Shown here: positions 43,569 through 47,159 of the stretch, in pieces
How positions within the stretch are numbered: position 1 is the stretch's first letter
How the letters are laid out: each line of letters opens with the position of its first letter
Assembly: GCA_030602805.1 (NCBI GenBank)
Contig: JAUVZA010000002.1
Span: 1-47,159, forward strand
Length of the DNA stretch: 47,159 nt
Source: Dehalococcoidia bacterium
GTDB lineage: Bacteria; Chloroflexota; Dehalococcoidia; Dehalococcoidales; JAUVZA01
Reading direction: 5' to 3'
Notes under the pieces: generated by a model
The model's input: only the letters and a program-made list of their open reading frames with translations
Told to the model about the DNA's origin: nothing
The model's database searches: none
Position numbers and translations under genes: made by a program

Positions 43569-44604
43569 GATGACCCCCCTTTGACCCCAGTGTCCTAAAA
43601 TTGAGTTCCGCACCGCAGAACTTACACCTTGAATCTTCCAGACCCACTACCTTAGTTTGATAGCCAAACCTTTCTACGATAAGCTTGCCGCAGGAGTAGC
43701 AGGTAGTGTTTTCGCTCTTATGTCCAGGAACATTGCCCGCATAGATAAACTTAAGACCAGCTTTTTGTCCAATATCATAGGCATGCTCCAGGGTAGATAT
43801 AGGGGTTGGGGGTAAGTGCCTCATATGATGGTGGGGATAGAACCGGGTTACATGCCAGGGTGTTAGCTCACCCAGCTCATCTCGTATCCAGTTAGCAATG
43901 CCCTCAAGTTGCTGCTCATCATCATTCATGGTGGGTATGATGTTGGTAATAACCTCAACATGCATATTCCACTTAGCTTTAGCCCGCTTAGCAACCTCAA
44001 GTATGCCTCGCCAGTGGGTTACCTTTGCCAGCTCACGGTAAAAGGAGTCAGAGAAGCCCTTAATATCGACACGCCAGGCATCTAAATAGGGTCCGATAGT
44101 ATCCAATGCCTCAGGGGTCAGGTAGCCATTGGTCACATAGACAGTATACAGGTTGTTCTCCTTAGCCAGCTTGGCTGAGTCAAGGGTATATTCAAACCAG
44201 ATGCTGGGCTCATTGTATGTCCAGGCAATGCCCCGGCACTGGTGGCGTTTAGCCAGTTCTATAGCTGCTCGAGGTTGAACCTTTTGAGAATCACGCCACG
44301 GTTCACCAGTCTCCGGGCAAGAAATTTGCCAGTTCTGGCAGTCCTGGCAGTGAAAGTTGCAGCCCCAGCCGCCTAACGAGAAAGCTAAAGTATCGGGGAA
44401 GAAATGGAATAGGGGCTTCTTTTCAATAGGGTCAGCGGCTACCGATGATGCCTGAGCATAGTTCATGTTATACAGAACACCGTTTCTGTTCTGATACATT
44501 CGGCAAACACCGAATTTATCCGGACTTATACTGCAGCGCCACTGGCATGTATTGCACCTTACCCTGGAGCCAGGAAGCTTTTCGTAGAGCGTTGCCTCGT
44601 GCAT
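43561..44604 (-). CDS. amrS: AmmeMemoRadiSam system radical SAM enzyme
   Basis: [11 protein letters not shown] (CxxxCxxC) and an N-terminal Cys cluster CNTCQWRC...C. It is translationally coupled to the Memo/AMMECR1 gene. Confidence 0.9.
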   Translation of the reverse strand: MHEATLYEKLPGSRVRCNTCQWRCSISPDKFGVCRMYQNRNGVLYNMNYAQASSVAADPIEKKPLFHFFPDTLAFSLGGWGCNFHCQDCQNWQISCPETGEPWRDSQKVQPRAAIELAKRHQCRGIAWTYNEPSIWFEYTLDSAKLAKENNLYTVYVTNGYLTPEALDTIGPYLDAWRVDIKGFSDSFYRELAKVTHWRGILEVAKRAKAKWNMHVEVITNIIPTMNDDEQQLEGIANWIRDELGELTPWHVTRFYPHHHMRHLPPTPISTLEHAYDIGQKAGLKFIYAGNVPGHKSENTTCYSCGKLIVERFGYQTKVVGLEDSRCKFCGAELNFRTLGSKGGHHD

Positions 44605-44723
44605 TGCTATTACCCCTTGCTAATTATACCACTCAACTATCGTCAATTATAGCCCAGGGATTTATATTCGGTGTCACCCTCACCCCTTTTAGTTTTTATT
44701 TGGTAACCCCATCCCCTTTAAGA

Positions 44724-44897
44724 CCCCCTTAATTGCTGCTCCAGAGTAGAGAAGGGGGAGGCATAGGTTTAGAGTGACTTCGCTTGCCAGCAGTATTTGG
44801 AGGAGAGTAAAAGAGAGGCCTCGCCTCTCTTACATAACCAATTCCCCCTCCCTTATGAAGGGAGGGGGATATAGGGGGCGGGTTGATAAATAATCTC
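44724..44897 (+). repeat. G-rich hairpin-cluster repeat (family 1), copy E
   Basis: AAGAGAGGCctcGCCTCTCTT (44811-44831), CCCCCTCCCTTatgAAGGGAGGGGG (44844-44868), and the tail ATATAGGGGGCGGGTTGATAAATAATCTC. Collinear with copy B. Confidence 0.8.
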
Positions 44898-44950
44898 AGT
44901 AAGACATTGAAAGGGACTTTCCCGCTGACCCAGTCGGATACATCTCCGTC

Positions 44951-45640
44951 ATGTGCAACCTCATTGAGAGGGAATGTCATCTGACGGGCCAGTTCCATCG
45001 TCTGGCTGGACTGGTCAAAGGCTACATAGAGGCAGTGCTTTTTGGCCTGCCCGTGGACATGGAGGAGGACTACGTTCTGGTTCGTCTTAACAAACCCGAC
45101 GCTAAGGCAGCTATATTTGAGGTGTTTGTGGAGGCCATTAGAGAGCGTAGTGTGCAGTCTCAGGTAGTCAGGGCAACTGGCGAGGTCATGCATTTCAGCG
45201 GCACATCTGGATACGAGTGGAGCCGGTCAGTCTATCCCGGGCTGAAGACCGTGTTCAACCTCGTCGCCTGCGATAATGAATTTGAGACCGAATTTGCCTC
45301 CTTTCTAGACAAAGCTTCAGATGTTGCTGCCTACGCGAAGAACAACCTCTACACCCATTTCAGCTTGGACTACCAGAATTCCGAAGGTGCTATCAGGTAT
45401 TACTATCCTGACTTTATTGTCCGCTTAGTGACAGGTGAGAAGTGGTTGATTGAGACGAAGGGAGTCGAAGATGTTGAAGTAGCGTGCAAGGACGCCCGCG
45501 CCATGCAGTGGTGCCGGGATGCGTCGGCTATAGCCGGGGCTGCATGGCAGTATGTGAAAGTTCCCTATGACCTCTTTCAAGCCTCAACTGCGGTGACCTT
45601 TTCTGAACTTATTGCTGAGATAGCAGTCAAAGGGGCTTGA
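44951..45640 (+). pseudogene. C-terminal fragment of a type III restriction (Res)-like helicase-nuclease
   Basis: NEFETEFASFLD...YYYPDFIVRL...WLIETKG is the PD-(D/E)xK endonuclease tail of Res-type enzymes. No helicase domain is present. The upstream part is replaced by repeat copy E. Confidence 0.6.
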
Positions 45641-45919
45641 AAACCCGCAACCTGCATCATACTATCCGCAGACACCTTATCCCGAGTCAAGGAGGCTTTT
45701 AATCCGATGACTTGAACATAGTGTCGCCAATCTTTGACATTCTCTTGCTAAATGCCAGTTCAATGAGCCGAGCTGGTAGGCGAAGCGTCACTTCAAGATA
45801 AAAGATTTAAGATTTTATCTTGAATCTCGGTGAGGTTAGTAAGCGTTCCAATCAGGGGCTATTGACTTGTGTGGTAAAATAGTATAAGGGGTGAGTTTAG
45901 GGGAACTGAGAAATATACC

Positions 45920-46540
45920 TTGGATATAGGTTGTATTGTTCTTGCTGGTGGCAAGGGCTTGCGCTTGGGGCACGAGAAGGCGTTAGAAACTGTTGGCAAT
46001 AAAAGTTTGATACAATGGGTAGTATTTTCTCTTAGCTTTTTAAATAGCGACATTATTATAGTTACTGCTGCAAAGCAATTTCCCCCCCAGTTTATTGGCT
46101 ACCCAAAGTTGAAGATGGTAACTGATACTTACCCCGGTAAAGGCCCCTTGGGTGGTATCTATACCGGTTTAGCCGCATCGGATTCATTCTATAACCTTGT
46201 CGTTGCTTGTGATATGCCCTTTTTGAACCAAGACTTGCTGGACTATATGATACAAATTTCGACTGGCTTTGACCTGGTGCTTCCCCGATTGGGGAATATG
46301 ATTGAGCCACTTCACGCTGTTTATTCAAAGACCTGCTTAGCTCCTATTGAATGTCTGCTTAAGCAGGGTAATCTGAAAATACACGAACTTCTTACTTTGG
46401 TTAGGGTAAGGTATGTAGAAGCTGCGGAGATTAATAGGTTTGACCCTAAGCACTTGAGCTTTTTCAATGTTAACACTGAAGCTGATTTGGAGACGGCAAG
46501 AGAAATAGCCAGAGGAGATATGAGCAATGATAAGTGTTGA
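45920..46540 (+). CDS. mobA: molybdenum cofactor guanylyltransferase
   Basis: CIVLAGGKGLRLG...K, DxPF (ACDMPF). TTG start. It overlaps moeA by 14 nt. Confidence 0.8.
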   Translation: MDIGCIVLAGGKGLRLGHEKALETVGNKSLIQWVVFSLSFLNSDIIIVTAAKQFPPQFIGYPKLKMVTDTYPGKGPLGGIYTGLAASDSFYNLVVACDMPFLNQDLLDYMIQISTGFDLVLPRLGNMIEPLHAVYSKTCLAPIECLLKQGNLKIHELLTLVRVRYVEAAEINRFDPKHLSFFNVNTEADLETAREIARGDMSNDKC

Positions 46541-47159
46541 GCAGGCTCTGGAGAAAATTCTGGCTTATGTAGATATTCTGGAAGAGGAAGAGAGACCTAT
46601 TCTAGATTGTCTGGGGCAAGTTCTGGCTGAGGATATATCTTCTAGTATTGATGTTCCCCCACTGGATAATGCGGCTATGGATGGCTATGCGGTTCAGTCC
46701 AGAGATACTCGTAATGCTAGTAGGGAGTCTCCTCGATTTCTGTCTGTTATCGGTATGGTCGCTGCTGGCTCCATTTCTGAATGTGAATTAAAGTCAGGCA
46801 CAGCTATTCGTATTATGACTGGGGCACCGATACCCAAGGGCGCCGATAGTGTAGTGAGATTCGAAGATACAGACGAGCTTTTGCGAAGGGAGTCTTCTAT
46901 TGGCCAGCAGCTCCCCACCGAAATAGGTATTTTATGCGAAGCCGAGGCCGGTTTGAATATTCGGCGGGCAGGTGAAGATATTACGAAAGGGTCAATAGTA
47001 TTAAGCAAAGGGGTAGTAATCAGACCCTCAGAAGTTGGTGTTTTGGCTTCGTTAGGACATAGTAAGGTGATGGTTATCCGCCGCCCTGTGATGGCCATTC
47101 TAGCCACCGGGGATGAGCTGGTAGATATTAATCAACCTCTGCCTCTAGGCAAGATATAT
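46527..47159 (+). CDS. moeA: molybdopterin molybdenumtransferase MoeA, N-terminal part (runs off the right edge)
   Basis: Hand translation gives MISVEQALEKILAYV...PPLDNAAMDGYAV...IRIMTGAPIPKGADSVVRFEDT...VAILATGDELVD. It is not in the ORF track because there is no stop in the window. Confidence 0.85.
   Translation, partial: MISVEQALEKILAYVDILEEEERPILDCLGQVLAEDISSSIDVPPLDNAAMDGYAVQSRDTRNASRESPRFLSVIGMVAAGSISECELKSGTAIRIMTGAPIPKGADSVVRFEDTDELLRRESSIGQQLPTEIGILCEAEAGLNIRRAGEDITKGSIVLSKGVVIRPSEVGVLASLGHSKVMVIRRPVMAILATGDELVDINQPLPLGKIY

Noticed and set aside
45641-45919. A Moco riboswitch upstream of mobA/moeA.
   Set aside because: The region contains GAGCCGAGC and a 10-bp palindrome (CAAGATAAAA...TTTTATCTTG, about 45793-45823). 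I could not recognise the Moco motif's conserved helices by eye, so it needs cmscan before any claim.

Overview
This 47.2-kb bacterial window is centred on the smpB-ssrA (tmRNA) locus. Its gene content (bacterial Elp3, ssrA-targeted islands, corrinoid enzymes) suggests a Dehalococcoidia/Chloroflexota-like chromosome; that placement is inference only.

Layout:
(i) 1-3.0 kb is a minus-strand phage-like module with a sliding-clamp-like gene, small Zn-ribbon genes, a regulator and an operator-like array.
(ii) smpB lies at 3448-3912 and the tmRNA at 3940-4292.
(iii) A mosaic island of about 20 kb is inserted in the 3' end of ssrA. Its tyrosine integrase (4225-5394) overlaps the tmRNA end, and a displaced ssrA 3' copy sits at 24352-24385. 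The island carries:
- a corrinoid protein + non-Pyl MttB-family methyltransferase + SDR + MmgE/PrpD cluster;
- fragments of a TRAP/dipeptidase/SDR operon;
- a nested 3-kb module bracketed by 41-nt tRNA-Asn 3'-half repeats;
- a 969-aa PHP phosphoesterase fused to an SMC/Rad50-like ABC ATPase, next to a GIY-YIG nuclease.
(iv) To the right lie a serine-recombinase remnant, a two-component system, a response regulator-HEAT-GT2-methyltransferase operon, Elp3, a decayed ISLre2-like transposase, a second copy of an ICMT-like + small membrane protein cassette, initiator tRNA-Met, rarA, an AmmeMemoRadiSam operon and mobA/moeA.

The window is unusually rich in gene fragments. It also holds at least three short-repeat families, some copies of which sit at rearrangement junctions.

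Best candidates for something new, in order:
1. the PHP-ATPase/nuclease cluster (18800-23935);
2. the repeat-flanked ICMT/small-membrane-protein cassette (two copies);
3. the island-borne MttB/corrinoid cluster.

All family assignments come from reading motifs by eye. No database search was run.
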